Of a stretch of DNA of 64,000 nt, positions 1 to 10,749 are shown in pieces. Source of the DNA: Candidatus Deferrimicrobiaceae bacterium (GTDB lineage Bacteria > Desulfobacterota > Deferrimicrobia > Deferrimicrobiales > Deferrimicrobiaceae); NCBI GenBank assembly GCA_963792415.1, contig CAWBVY010000006.1, positions 512,001-576,000 of the forward strand, read 5' to 3'. The stretch's first letter is position 1. Every line of letters starts with the position of its first letter. Below the pieces are notes generated by a model. It ran no database searches. It had not been told where the DNA came from and saw only the letters and a list, made by a program, of their open reading frames with translations. Both the position numbers and the translations under genes were made by a program.

Positions 1-578
1 TCCGCCTTGCCGATCCGGGCCACCGCCTGGTTGTCCACTGCAGCCCCCGTCTCCTTCTTCGCGGCGGCGATCAGGTCTCCCTGGATCTTCTGGAGCCGGT
101 TCCCGGAGACCGACTTCACCGCCTGCATCGCGGCGTCCGCGTCGGAGATCCCCTGATTCGCCTCCTTGACCTTGGCGATCTCCGCCTTGATCTCCTCGTT
201 CGTCACCTTGAGCTTCGCCCGGATCTCCTTGCGCAGCAGCGCCTTGATCCGGACCAACGGGTCGTTCTGCTGGAGGATCTCCTTGAACTCCGACGTGTTG
301 TCGATCCCGCGGGAACGGCCCTCCTGGGCCAGCAGCCTCACCGCCACGAGCTGGTCGAGGGCTTCCTTCTTCCGCTCCACCGGAATGTCCGGGACCGCGA
401 ACACGCCGCCAGGAACACCGAGGAACTCCCGGAGTTCGGCGGTCTTGATCGGGTCGCCGTTCACCGTGGCGACCGTCTCCTGCCCCACATCCTTGCTCGA
501 ACACCCCGCGACGAACATCCCCCCGGCGATTCCCGCCGCGAGGAGGAGGATCGGGAACTTTCGCTGCCGTCGATTCAC
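1..578 (-). CDS. SurA/PrsA N-terminal-domain-like lipoprotein, runs off the window edge
   Basis: Manual translation from GTG at 578: MNRRQRKFPILLLAAGIAGGMFVAGC (lipobox), then VATVNGDPIKTAEL, typical of SurA_N/PrsA. GGGAG RBS upstream. Confidence 0.65.
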   Translation of the reverse strand, partial: MNRRQRKFPILLLAAGIAGGMFVAGCSSKDVGQETVATVNGDPIKTAELREFLGVPGGVFAVPDIPVERKKEALDQLVAVRLLAQEGRSRGIDNTSEFKEILQQNDPLVRIKALLRKEIRAKLKVTNEEIKAEIAKVKEANQGISDADAAMQAVKSVSGNRLQKIQGDLIAAAKKETGAAVDNQAVARIGKA

Positions 579-639
579 TTCGGTTCTCCCTTCGATCATC
601 TGAAAACGTGAGATTGCACCATAAACCCCGGGGTGGAGT

Positions 640-996
640 TCAACCGGCCCGACGGCCGGGCGCCGGCGACGCGTCGGGCTTCTCCACGAGCCTCACCCAC
701 CCCTTCTCCTCGATCCCCCGGAGGAACTCGAGCACCGCCTCTTCCGCCTCTTCCGGATCCCATGAGAAGAGCGCCGCGACCTCCGCGGAGATTTTCCCGA
801 GCGCGCTGATCCCGTTCAGGCGGGTCCAGATCTCGGCGCCCACGAGGTTCAGCTGGTGGATCTTTCCCTCGACCATCAGGGTGAGCACGCCAAGGTCCTC
901 GTACTCCTCCTCCTTGCGCGCCTTCTCCCACGCGATCTCGTGCAGCCCCTTTTCGAGGCGCCAGACCACCTCGGGGTTCCGTTTCGGCACGATCAT
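640..996 (-). CDS. PqqD-family (RRE) peptide chaperone, GeoRSP-system-like
   Basis: RNPEVVWR...HQLNLVGAEIW...FLRGIEEKGWV pattern of PqqD/RRE domains, with an extended insert like GeoRSP PqqD proteins. Confidence 0.75.
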   Translation of the reverse strand: MIVPKRNPEVVWRLEKGLHEIAWEKARKEEEYEDLGVLTLMVEGKIHQLNLVGAEIWTRLNGISALGKISAEVAALFSWDPEEAEEAVLEFLRGIEEKGWVRLVEKPDASPAPGRRAG

Positions 997-1008
997 TCCG
1001 ACCCTCCC

Positions 1009-1953
1009 TCAGCCCTCTACCAGGCGGATCTGCGCGACGGAAGAAACCCCCAGCCCCGACTCCATCGCTTTCCCGATATGTTCAACGTCCCGGGGCGCAA
1101 GGCGGAAGATCTTTTCGGCCGCGACCACGTCCGCCGCGACGACGTCCCGGGAAGCGAACGCCTTGCCGAACGACTTCACGTCCGCGAGACTCCCCCCGGT
1201 GGGGCCGTTCCGGACGAGGACCCTCCCCGCGTCGATCACGGTGAGGGCAACCGGGACCCGGCGGTTGACGTCCACGAGGCACTCCGGCAGCCGGTAGTGG
1301 ATCTGGCCGCGGTTTCCGCCCATGATCCCCATCATGTTCTTGAGCCCGAGCGTGATGCCGGCGAGCGAGTGATGCTTGGCGATCGGCACGTTGACGATCT
1401 TGTCCGCTTCGAGCGCGTCCCGGTAGAGATCCCACTCCTTGATCGACAGCGCGTTCGGAATGGACGTGCGGACGAACTTCCGGTCCTCGACGTGGTAGAT
1501 CCGCAGCGCATCCTCGACGCGATTCTTCCGGGCGAATCGCTCGACGGCCTCCTTGATGCCGCTATTGACGTAGCAGCGCCGCGCGTCGTTGCAGGTGCGG
1601 TCGAAGACGCGCACCGATCCGGCGCCCGCCGCGAGGCACATCTCGGCGACCGCGACGACGAACTCCGGGTCGGTGTTCGCCGCCTGCTCCGGCGCCCGGT
1701 CCCACCCGATGTTCGGCTTGAGGACGACGACGTCGCCGCGGGAGACGAACACCTTCATCCCCCCCACCAGCGCCACCGCCTGGCGTGCCCGCTCCGCCGG
1801 GGTCGCCGCCGAGGATACGCCCACGTCGACCGTCTTCCCGCCCGCCGCGCGCAGGAGTGACGGGAAGAGGCCCGCGGCAGCCACCGCTCCCGCCGCGCCT
1901 CCCGCCGCCTGGAGGAACCGCCTCCGGCTGAAGGGACATCCGTCTGGGGTCAT
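1009..1953 (-). CDS. DUF362 domain protein with Tat signal
   Basis: SRRRFL twin-arginine leader; VVLKPNIGWDR, ANTDP, KHHSLAGITLGLKNMMG motifs. Confidence 0.85.
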   Translation of the reverse strand: MTPDGCPFSRRRFLQAAGGAAGAVAAAGLFPSLLRAAGGKTVDVGVSSAATPAERARQAVALVGGMKVFVSRGDVVVLKPNIGWDRAPEQAANTDPEFVVAVAEMCLAAGAGSVRVFDRTCNDARRCYVNSGIKEAVERFARKNRVEDALRIYHVEDRKFVRTSIPNALSIKEWDLYRDALEADKIVNVPIAKHHSLAGITLGLKNMMGIMGGNRGQIHYRLPECLVDVNRRVPVALTVIDAGRVLVRNGPTGGSLADVKSFGKAFASRDVVAADVVAAEKIFRLAPRDVEHIGKAMESGLGVSSVAQIRLVEG

Positions 1954-2005
1954 CAGGACATGATACGCGCCGGCGAAGGCAATTTCCACCGCCGGGGACG
2001 CGTTT

Positions 2006-3567
2006 TTATTTTGCGAGAACCCCGGTCGAACGGGTTTCGCCCCGGGAGGTGACGAGCACGGCGGCGCGATCGCTCAGCGGGCACTTCGTCTCGCAGACCC
2101 CGCACCCGACGCAGAGATCCTCGTCGATGTACGGCTTCTTGAACATTCTCCACTCCCCCCGCGTCGTGAGCGTCCTCTCCTCCTTGAGTACGATCGCCTT
2201 GCTCCACGTCGGGCAATGCTCCTCGCAGACGATGCAGTCGGACTGCCCCGCCCACGGGAGGCAGCGGCTCCGGTCGACGTACGCGAGGCCCAGCTTCGTC
2301 TTCCTCTTCTCCGGGAGAGGGAAGACGCCGGATCGCGCCGGTCGGGCAGACCTGCCCGCAGAGCGTGCAGTTGTATTCGCAATACCCGATCCTGCGACAC
2401 GAGGATCGGGCTCCACATCCCCTCGATCCCCGCCTCGAACCAGGTCGGCTGGAGGCCGTTCGCGATGCAGACCCGCATGCACTCCCCGCACCGGGTGCAG
2501 CGGGCGAGGAACTCCCCCTCCGGCAACGCGCCGGGGGGCCGGATCAGCAGGGGATCGGGCGCCTTCCCGTGCGCCTCCACCCGGAAGAAGGGAACGGTGA
2601 TCGCCCCGAGCGCGGCCGAGGCGAGAACGCCCCGGCGCGTGAGGTCGACGGCCGCCGGCTTGCGCCCCTCCGTGCCGGAGAAGTGGATCACCTCCTCGGG
2701 GCAGACCGCCTGGCAATCCATGCACTCGATGCATTCGCCGTGGTCGGTCACGGCGACGTCGCCGCCGATCGCCGCCATGCGGCAGTCCGATTCGCAAAGG
2801 CCGCAGCGGGTGCACCCCGCCTCCGTGATCCGCCGCCGGAAGAGACCGAACCGTCCCACGAGCGCCAGCAGTCCCCCGAGAGGGCACAGGTTCCGGCACC
2901 AGAACCGCCGCTGGTACCGCTCCATGGCGAGGATGCCGAGGAAGAGGAGGCCGACGAACGCGGAGGTCCGGAAGACCGGTTGCTCGAAGGCGAGGAAGTG
3001 GGACTTGAGGAACCCGTAGACCGGCTCCGAGATCGCGGGGATCGGCCCGGGCGCCCGGTAGAGCCCGTCGAAGATCCCGTGGATGACAAAGTTCAGCGCG
3101 GGGAAGACGGAGACGGTGAACGTCCGGATGAGGATGCTGATCGGGTCGAAGAGGAAAACCCATTGCAGGGTGAACAGCGAGGAGGCGGCAAGGAAGAAGA
3201 GGATGAGGAACTTGTACCGCCGCCAGGATTCGGGCACCGTGTCCTTTCGCCGGACCTTCCGGGCCTTCCGGAACACCGTCGCGTCCGCGGCGTCGATCAC
3301 GGCGCCGAGCGGGCAGAACCAGCCACAGAAGAACCTTCCCAAAAGAATAGTTAGTCCCACGGTGACCAGCGCGGGCCAGACCAGCCCGATGAGCGCCCGC
3401 CCCGCAAGGGTGGCGGCCCCGGCCATCAGCGGATCGAGCCGGAGAAACAGGTTGACCGCGTACGGAAGGACGTCGTTGTCCTTGTACTCCGTGTTCAGGA
3501 AGAGGAAGACGAAGAGAAGGAACACGAGCCACTGCGAGGCGCGCCGAAGCGTCCGCGTCGTCTTCAC
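2006..3567 (-). CDS. Membrane polyferredoxin (NapH/MauN-like fused to NapG/MauM-like), two apparent +1 frameshifts near 2393 and 2320
   Basis: GRFFCGWFCPLG, RFWCRNLCPLG, several CxxCxxCxxxC motifs, IRPPGA. Removing two single bases restores RIGYCEYNCTLCGQVCPTGAI and joins the C-terminal ferredoxin ORF. Confidence 0.85.
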
Positions 3568-3717
3568 CCGGGAACCCCCGGCGTCGTCATGTTACGGAAC
3601 GCCACGTTTTTATTGTAGCAACGGTTCCGACGCTGTGGCCACATTACTTCCAGCCGAACCTGCGGAGGACTCTCCGCGTGTTCGACTTGCCCCATGCGAT
3701 CCTGATACATTCATGGT

Positions 3718-4439
3718 ATGACTCCCGGGATGGAAGGAACTCCCCCGCGCATACTGGTCGTCATCCCGGCGTACCAGGAGGAGCGGTCGATCGGGGGGCT
3801 GGTCCGCTCGCTCCGGGAGCGATCCCCCTACGACGTGCTCGTCGTGAACGACGGGTCCACGGACCGGACCTCCGAAGCCGCGAGGGAGGCGGGGGCGATC
3901 GTGCTGGACCTGCCGTGCAACCTCGGGATCGGCGGCGCGGTGCAGACCGGGTTCCTCTACGCCAGGGATCGCGGCTACGACGTCGTCGTGCGGATCGACG
4001 GGGACGGGCAGCACGAGGTCGAAGACATCCCCAAGGTTCTGGAACCGATCCTGGCGGGACCGGGCGGACGCGGTCATCGGTTCCCGCTTCCTCGGGGAAA
4101 CGGGATACCGGGGGAGCATTCCACGGATCTTCGGCATCCGCTTCTTCCGCCTCCTCGTCAACGTGACCACCGGGTACCGCGTGACCGACCCGACCTCGGG
4201 CTTCTTCGCGATCAACCGCCGCCTGGTCGAGTTCTACTCCGAACCATTATCCCTCGGATTACCCGGAGGTGGACGCCTACATCCTGATGCAACGCCTCAA
4301 GGCGCGGACCGTCGAGGTGCCGGTGCGCATGTACGACCGGACCGAGGGAAAATCGTCGATCACCGCGTTCCGGGCGGTGTACTATATGGTGAAGGTGACG
4401 CTTTCCTTCCTCATCAACTGCATCCGGAGATTCGGGTGA
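3718..4439 (+). CDS. Glycosyltransferase family 2 (DPM synthase-like), two apparent +1 frameshifts near 4060 and 4244
   Basis: VVIPAYQEE, VVNDGSTD, DGDGQH, then VTDPTSGF and YPEV in shifted frames. Confidence 0.85.
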
Positions 4440-4783
4440 ACCGGGTAACCCTTTTTTCGATCTGCGCCTCCGCCGGGTTCCTTCTCTACATCCTGGAGAT
4501 GGTGCGTCGTCGGAAACTGCGGGAGGAGTATTCGATCCTCTGGCTCTTCGGCAGCGTCGTGATCCTCGTCCTCTCGCTGAAGCAGGACTGGCTGGTCGTC
4601 CTCGCCCACGCCGTGGGGATCGTCTACCCGCCCTCGTTCCTCTTCCTGGTCGGGATCCTCTTCATCCTGCTGATCCTGATCCACTTCTCGATCGCCATCT
4701 CGAAGCTCCACCAGATGAACAAGAAGATGGCGCAGGAGATCGCGCTGATGAAAAACCGGCAGGGGCAGAAATCAGACGAATAG
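4436..4783 (+). CDS. DUF2304 family membrane protein
   Basis: GTG start overlaps the GT2 stop; RRRKLREEYSILW, GIVYPPSFLF, LAQE-like C-terminus. Confidence 0.8.
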   Translation: MNRVTLFSICASAGFLLYILEMVRRRKLREEYSILWLFGSVVILVLSLKQDWLVVLAHAVGIVYPPSFLFLVGILFILLILIHFSIAISKLHQMNKKMAQEIALMKNRQGQKSDE

Positions 4784-4799
4784 TTTTTCGATTAATCGC

Positions 4800-6119
4800 T
4801 CAGCGGATTTCGGATGCCGGAGATCCTGATCCGCCCGAAAGACCGTCGGCGGGCCCCCCGAGAAATCCCCAAAGCTTTTTCGCGTTTTCCCGGGCATCGT
4901 GGTATGTCTTGAACATTTTCAAGGCATTTTCAACGCACCGGCTCCCGCGCGACGGGTCCCGTAAAAACTCCCGAACGGCGCCGGCAAGGACCCCCACATC
5001 GTCCTGGTCCACTACGATACCGACATCGTGTTCTCTCGAGTACCGAGCGATATAGGAATAATCCGGTGCATGCACGAGCATCGGCCTTCCGGATGCCAGG
5101 TAATCGGTGAACTTCCCCGGCGAAGCCGTGGCGATGATGTCGGGAGCGTCCGTTCCCCAGGCCAAGGGAAGGAAGAGCAGGGTGGCCTCGCTTTGCACTC
5201 TGGGCATCTCCGACTGCGGAGCCGATGTCAATCGCACATTTGACCTCCCGATTCCCGCACTCCGGATCGTTGCTGTGGCCTGGGGGCAGTACAGATCAAG
5301 TTCCACCGGGAGATCTCGCAGGAGGTCCATCGCACGTATCATGCTCAGGACCGCCCCTTCCTGGGCCCAATAGACATTTCCGGTGAACAGGATTTTACAT
5401 GGAAGCTCCCCAGGAGGGCGCGCCCGGAGTCCCTGGAAATCGTGGGGGAAGGCGGAGTTATGTACGATTTCCAGACGAAACGAACCCCCGTACCGTCGGC
5501 GGAGATACTCCCCGGTCCCCTCGTTCGTTACGATCACTACCTCTGCACTCCGTATCAGCCGGGGTTCGAGTATGCGCGCAACGGTTTTGTTGAAACAAGT
5601 AAGATTGTTCCCCCGATAAAGATCGAACAGGTACAGGGAATAGGGAAGACCTGAAATTTTGTGGGCCAGATACGTCCCGAGAAGGGCCAGCCCCTCGTCG
5701 GAGATCCCCAGCAGACGGGTGATCCCGTCCTCGCGGATGACCTTCCGGGACGATCGGATGATCTTCGGGAGATTCAGAAGCAGGTACAACGCATCCAGGA
5801 GCGCTTTTCCGAACAATGGGATCCGCTGGATCAAGACGGACATTCTTCTCCTGATGGGTATCCGGTCCCTTTCTCCTGCCGATGATTCCTTTTTAGATAA
5901 CGACTCACCATCCTTTCGATCGAAATAAACATATTTCCCGGGAAGCCAGGAGCCTGTCGCGGCGGACAGCGGGTCGATCGCGTTCGCGGAGGTCAGGATG
6001 ATGTAGGAGTCCCGGGGAAACAGGGAAAACAGGTTGTACAGGTTCTTCGGGCCGCCGATCATCGGGGGCGCCCAGTTCGTGATGACGAGAATCTTCGTGG
6101 GATCTGCCCGTCGGGTCAA
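4800..6119 (-). CDS. Glycosyltransferase family 4
   Basis: TTG start overlaps the upstream stop; WAPPMIGG, FTGNVY, PGKFTDYLASGRPML. Confidence 0.8.
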   Translation of the reverse strand: MTRRADPTKILVITNWAPPMIGGPKNLYNLFSLFPRDSYIILTSANAIDPLSAATGSWLPGKYVYFDRKDGESLSKKESSAGERDRIPIRRRMSVLIQRIPLFGKALLDALYLLLNLPKIIRSSRKVIREDGITRLLGISDEGLALLGTYLAHKISGLPYSLYLFDLYRGNNLTCFNKTVARILEPRLIRSAEVVIVTNEGTGEYLRRRYGGSFRLEIVHNSAFPHDFQGLRARPPGELPCKILFTGNVYWAQEGAVLSMIRAMDLLRDLPVELDLYCPQATATIRSAGIGRSNVRLTSAPQSEMPRVQSEATLLFLPLAWGTDAPDIIATASPGKFTDYLASGRPMLVHAPDYSYIARYSREHDVGIVVDQDDVGVLAGAVREFLRDPSRGSRCVENALKMFKTYHDARENAKKLWGFLGGPADGLSGGSGSPASEIR

Positions 6120-7243
6120 GGAAACCGGAACCAGACCGTCCTGTTGACGTACTCGACGTAACTCAGGATGATCCGAACAACCTTCTTTGAAACGTTCCGG
6201 GGCTCGTAGTCCGGGACCGGTCGGAACGGGGAATTCTCTTCCAGGGATTGTGTGACGACCACCCCAACCGCATTCAGGACGTTTTCCGGCTTTAGACCGC
6301 ACATGATGAGGGTCCCCTCGTCCATCCCCTCGGGGCGCTCGTGGGCCTGGCGTATCGTCACTGCCGGAAAGCACAAGATGGAGGATTCCTCCGTGATCGT
6401 TCCGCTGTCGGAGACCACGCACTGGGAATTCTGCTGGAGTTTGACGTAGTCGAAGAATCCCAAAGGCTTCAGGAACCGGATCCGGGGATCTTCCATTGCA
6501 ATGCCCCGTTCCTCAAGACGTTTCCGGGTCCGAGGATGGGTGGAAACGATCACCGGCTTGTCGTACGCACCGGCGAGGGCCGCCAGGGTCCCGATCAGGT
6601 CCCTGAAGTTCCCCTCGTCATCCACGTTCTCTTCTCGGTGGGCGCTGACGACGAAATATTCCCCAGGAGAGAGTTCCAGCCTGGAAAGGACGTCCGAAGC
6701 GTCGATCCCGGACCGGTAATGTTCGATCACCTCCCGCATCGGAGAACCGGTCTTGATTACAGTTTCCGGACGCAGCCCTTCCCGGAGAAGGTACCGCCGG
6801 GCATGTTCGGTATACGTGAGGTTGATATCGCTCACGTGGTCGATGATCTTCCGGTTGACCTCCTCCGGGACCCGCTGGTCGAAGCAGCGATTCCCTGCCT
6901 CCATGTGGAAGATCGGGATCTTCCGTCGCTTGGCCGGGATCGCGGAGAGGCAGCTGTTCGTGTCCCCGAGGATCAGAAAAGCGTCCGGCTTCTCTCTCTC
7001 CATGACATCGTCGGCGCGTATGATCACGTTCCCGATGGTCTCCGCCGGCGTTCCTCCCGCCACCTCCAGAAAGTGGTCCGGCTTGCGGATCCCGAGGTCC
7101 CGGAAAAAAATCTCGTTCAGTTCGTAATCGAAGTTCTGCCCGGTGTGGACCAGCTGGTGGTCCACATGCCTGTCCAGTTCCGCGATCACCCGGCTGAGCT
7201 TGATGATTTCCGGGCGGGTGCCCAGGATCGTCATGACCTTCAT
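6116..7243 (-). CDS. wecB: Non-hydrolysing UDP-N-acetylglucosamine 2-epimerase (FnlC/WbjD-like)
   Basis: GTRPEIIK, HTGQNFD, HMEAGNRCFDQRVPEE, SDSGTITEES. Confidence 0.92.
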   Translation of the reverse strand: MKVMTILGTRPEIIKLSRVIAELDRHVDHQLVHTGQNFDYELNEIFFRDLGIRKPDHFLEVAGGTPAETIGNVIIRADDVMEREKPDAFLILGDTNSCLSAIPAKRRKIPIFHMEAGNRCFDQRVPEEVNRKIIDHVSDINLTYTEHARRYLLREGLRPETVIKTGSPMREVIEHYRSGIDASDVLSRLELSPGEYFVVSAHREENVDDEGNFRDLIGTLAALAGAYDKPVIVSTHPRTRKRLEERGIAMEDPRIRFLKPLGFFDYVKLQQNSQCVVSDSGTITEESSILCFPAVTIRQAHERPEGMDEGTLIMCGLKPENVLNAVGVVVTQSLEENSPFRPVPDYEPRNVSKKVVRIILSYVEYVNRTVWFRFP

Positions 7244-8172
7244 CGGTCCTCCACCTGCCATGGGAAATGCTCCTTCCCGAGTTCCTCCACCATCCTGGGT
7301 ACCGACGGCGGGGTCGGATACCCTGCGGCTTTCCAGAGGGCGAGGTTTCCTTCCTCATTGTCCGTCCCAAGCGTCCGGTCCACCACCGTTCTCGCATGAA
7401 CCGGGTCGATCGTGATGTCGCCGCGCCTGACGGCCGCTGCGAAATGGCGGAGAAGGGCCGCCTTGGTGACGGTTCCGTCGGGGACGACGTGCTGGAGGTG
7501 GGACAGAGGGAGATTTTTCCGGACGATCCCGAGGCAAATCCGGGCAAAATGGAGCGTCGTCACGCCGTTCCACTCATGGTTTATGTACCCGCCGACCTTT
7601 GCATTCCCCGGCTGCCTGCGGAACCACTCCAAGAGGGAAAGGAACGACTTGTGCTCCGGTCCGATGATGGAGCAGCGCAGATGATGCACGTTCGGGATGT
7701 TCGCCTCTCCGAGGCTTTTCGTCTTCCCGTATACGTCCAGGGCATCGTGAGGATCGCCCTCCCGGTACTTCCCTTTCGCCCCGGAGTAGACGCAGTCCGT
7801 GGCGATCTGGAGGACCTTCGGGCCGGACTTAATTGCCGCCCGGCCAAGGAGATACGGGAACAACGCATTGACCCGGACCGCCCGTTCGACTTCCGCCGCC
7901 CGGTCGTCCCGGATGTACGGCTTGATGACCCCGATGCAGTTGACCACCCAGAGGCAACCCTCGACCGCCGAGGCGATCTCCTCCTCCGTGGATCTCTCCG
8001 CGTCGAGCATCGACCAGGAAACCGCGGGGTAGAAGGCCCGCCACCGGGACAACAGCGCCTCTTCCCTGACCGTTGCGGCGATGTCCACACCCGGGTCCCG
8101 GGAGAAGGTGTCCACGACCATCGCGCCCAGCATCCCGGAGCCGCCGAGAACAAGAACCTTCTGCCTGCCCAT
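7240..8172 (-). CDS. RmlD-like nucleotide-sugar 4-reductase (SDR)
   Basis: GGSGMLG, NCIG, ATDCVYSG, YGKTK. Confidence 0.85.
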   Translation of the reverse strand: MGRQKVLVLGGSGMLGAMVVDTFSRDPGVDIAATVREEALLSRWRAFYPAVSWSMLDAERSTEEEIASAVEGCLWVVNCIGVIKPYIRDDRAAEVERAVRVNALFPYLLGRAAIKSGPKVLQIATDCVYSGAKGKYREGDPHDALDVYGKTKSLGEANIPNVHHLRCSIIGPEHKSFLSLLEWFRRQPGNAKVGGYINHEWNGVTTLHFARICLGIVRKNLPLSHLQHVVPDGTVTKAALLRHFAAAVRRGDITIDPVHARTVVDRTLGTDNEEGNLALWKAAGYPTPPSVPRMVEELGKEHFPWQVEDR

Positions 8173-8176
8173 AGCC

Positions 8177-8617
8177 TTACCGTTCCTCGACCTTCCAGGG
8201 GTCCCAATATCTCGCATCGTACCGGATATCGTCGTTCCGGCTCTCCTCCACGGTCGAGGTGGAGAAGAAGACCAGGACGGCGTCCCCGGTCAGGGACATG
8301 AAGCCGTTGGCGTGCCCCTCGGGAATGTACAACACCGCGGGTTTCTCCGCGGAGAGGACGAATCGCTTGACCGGGAGGTCCTTCGAGGGATTTTCCCAAT
8401 CGTCGATCTTCACGGCGCCAACCAACGCGCTCCCCCGGGCCACGAACACGTACTTCGCCTCCCGCCGGTGTGCGTGCCAGGCCCTGACAAAGCCGGCAGT
8501 GTGGTTCCTCACCACGTAGAAACGCCTGACCCCCGCGAAGTCGAAACCGTTCACGAAGGACACGGCCCCCCTGTCGTCCACCGCAAGACCGCCCTCGATC
8601 AGCCTTGCTCCTTCCAT
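8177..8617 (-). CDS. Cupin nucleotide-sugar 3,5-epimerase/isomerase (RmlC/FdtA-like)
   Basis: DDRG, RAWHAH, LYIPEGHANGF. Confidence 0.85.
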   Translation of the reverse strand: MEGARLIEGGLAVDDRGAVSFVNGFDFAGVRRFYVVRNHTAGFVRAWHAHRREAKYVFVARGSALVGAVKIDDWENPSKDLPVKRFVLSAEKPAVLYIPEGHANGFMSLTGDAVLVFFSTSTVEESRNDDIRYDARYWDPWKVEER

Positions 8618-8627
8618 GCCCCACCCC

Positions 8628-9591
8628 CTAAATATTGGAACCGGTCCCGGACGGCACGTGAGTGCGGAACCGCTCCAGGAAGAGCTGGTTCGTGTACCGC
8701 GGATTGTTGACGTCCTTGATCCGGCAATTCACGACGAGTTCCTTGACCTCCTCGATCCCCCCGTCGATGGACTCGACCGGCTGGAAGCCGAACACCCGTA
8801 TCGCCTTTTCGCTCTGCACCCGGTAATTCCGGGCGTCCTGGAATTTCATCTCGGTCCGCTCGATCTCGATGTCCGGGAAATGGTTCCGGACCTGGTAGGC
8901 CAGGTCGATGATCCGGACGTTCTGCCTGTTCAGATTGAAAACCCCCGTGTGGGGAGTCTCGAGGTTCGAGATCACGGCCCGGGCCGCATCCCGGACGTGC
9001 AGCAAGGGGCGGAATTGGTCGCCGCCGAATACCCGGATAACTCCGTCCATGGCGGCGCGAACCACCAGGGTGTTCACCACTAGGTCGAGCCGGATCCGGG
9101 AGAAAAGGTCCCCCACGCCGAATAAGGTCCCCAAACGAAAGATGATCGCGTTTTTTCCCAATAGAGCCTTCTCCGCACCAAGCTTCGTGGATGCGTAGAC
9201 GGAGAGGGGGTTGATCCGGGGACTCTTCATCGAGTTCCTTGTCCTGCGCGCCGTAGACGGAGCAGGTGGAGAGGAAGATGATGCGTCCATCGAAGTTTTT
9301 TGCGAGCCACTCGACCGAGCCCTGGTTGATCTCTGTCGCGATGTCCGGATTCAGGGCGCAGGCGCCGTCCCCCACGATGGCGGCAAGCCAGACCACCGCA
9401 TCCGCCCAATCCAGACAGGTCCGAAGCTTCTTCCGGTCGCGGATGTCTCCCGAAACGAATGGGACCTGTTTCCGGTAATCCTCCTCGTACAGTAGCGCAT
9501 CGAATACCTTTATATCGTGACGCGTCGCAGCGAGGACGTCCGTGACCGCGCCTCCGACATACCCCGCGCCTCCGACAATCAATACCCGCAT
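8628..9591 (-). CDS. NAD-dependent epimerase/dehydratase, apparent +1 frameshift near 9216
   Basis: GGAGYVG, LAAIVGD and STCSVYG in one frame; NPLSVYASTK (YxxxK) and RLDLVVN in the next. Confidence 0.85.
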
Positions 9592-9691
9592 GATTTCTCC
9601 ATTCAGGGTTAATTATAGCTTCAAGAATATTCGGGAACCCGGGGGAAAACCACCGTTGCTGCCGAAGTGGGACCCCCGATCCGGATCGTCC

Positions 9692-10597
9692 TCATCGCGA
9701 GTCAGGGTTGGAAGGGAGATCGCCTTCCATCCCGGACTCCGGGTAGTGGAGCCAGGAAACACGTTTGTAGCTGCGTGCCGGATCAGAAACTTTTCGGGCG
9801 TACCCAAGCGAGGAGAAGAACGTATCTATCGGGAGGCCACAGCCGCTTCCCACATAGCCAGGTGCACGGCAGCCGACCTCTCTCTTCCACCATTCATCAT
9901 CGAACCACACCCTGACGACCTCCATATCGCAAGAATCATCGGTATAGACAATTCCTCCGTCGATCAACAATGGCCAAATATGCCGGATGCAGTCTCGCAT
10001 TGAGGTAACAAGATCCACGTCGAGGAAAGCAAACGCGACAGGATCGCCTATTGACTTCAAGGACTCGGAAAAAAATCCCGGGAGGAACCGGCAGACGGAG
10101 GCATCGCCGTGGAGGAAGATGTTCTCCTTCACTTCTTCCATCCGCGCAGAATACATCCCCTTCCGGTAGTATCCATATACACCGATATGGGGGTATTCAT
10201 GCGTTACCTTGCCGTCATCTTCCGGCAGGCCCTCGAAGGAATCGCAGACAATGAGTTTTCGTCCGACTTTCTTGCATGCCAAGGAGAGGTTTGCGGTACT
10301 CCCTCCTTTCCAGCAACCGCACTCGACGACATCCCCCCGGACAGAAGGCGGTATGCAGAAGATCTCGGTTGCCAGAGCGACGTGGTACAGCCACGAGGTC
10401 GCGGATGGTATTACCCGCGTGTTATTCCGGAATTTCCGGACCAGGTCGGCCTTTGCCTTCCGGTCTATACCGTACTCCTTGCCAACGCCTTCCTCGTGGA
10501 ATCGCGCCAATACCATCCCGTGGATCGGGTTCAATGCCTGGTAGATCAACTTGCGTGCGGTGTTGCGAAGTCCATCGGACCTTCGAAATATACGCAT
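9692..10597 (-). CDS. TylF/MycF/NovP-family O-methyltransferase
   Basis: GDVVECGCWKGGS, DSFEGLP, GFFSESL, FLDVDL. Confidence 0.85.
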   Translation of the reverse strand: MRIFRRSDGLRNTARKLIYQALNPIHGMVLARFHEEGVGKEYGIDRKAKADLVRKFRNNTRVIPSATSWLYHVALATEIFCIPPSVRGDVVECGCWKGGSTANLSLACKKVGRKLIVCDSFEGLPEDDGKVTHEYPHIGVYGYYRKGMYSARMEEVKENIFLHGDASVCRFLPGFFSESLKSIGDPVAFAFLDVDLVTSMRDCIRHIWPLLIDGGIVYTDDSCDMEVVRVWFDDEWWKREVGCRAPGYVGSGCGLPIDTFFSSLGYARKVSDPARSYKRVSWLHYPESGMEGDLPSNPDSR

Positions 10598-10749
10598 TAT
10601 TTCCTGTCACCCTTGTCGATTTCCGGGATTCGTCCTACTCGCCCGGTATTCGAAGATTGTATCTCGATGTACCGACCAAAGGGCCTGGGAGATCTTGTGC
10701 CCCTGCATTTCTTTGCCGCAAAGGACCAGGATCTGCACGATCTACGGAT

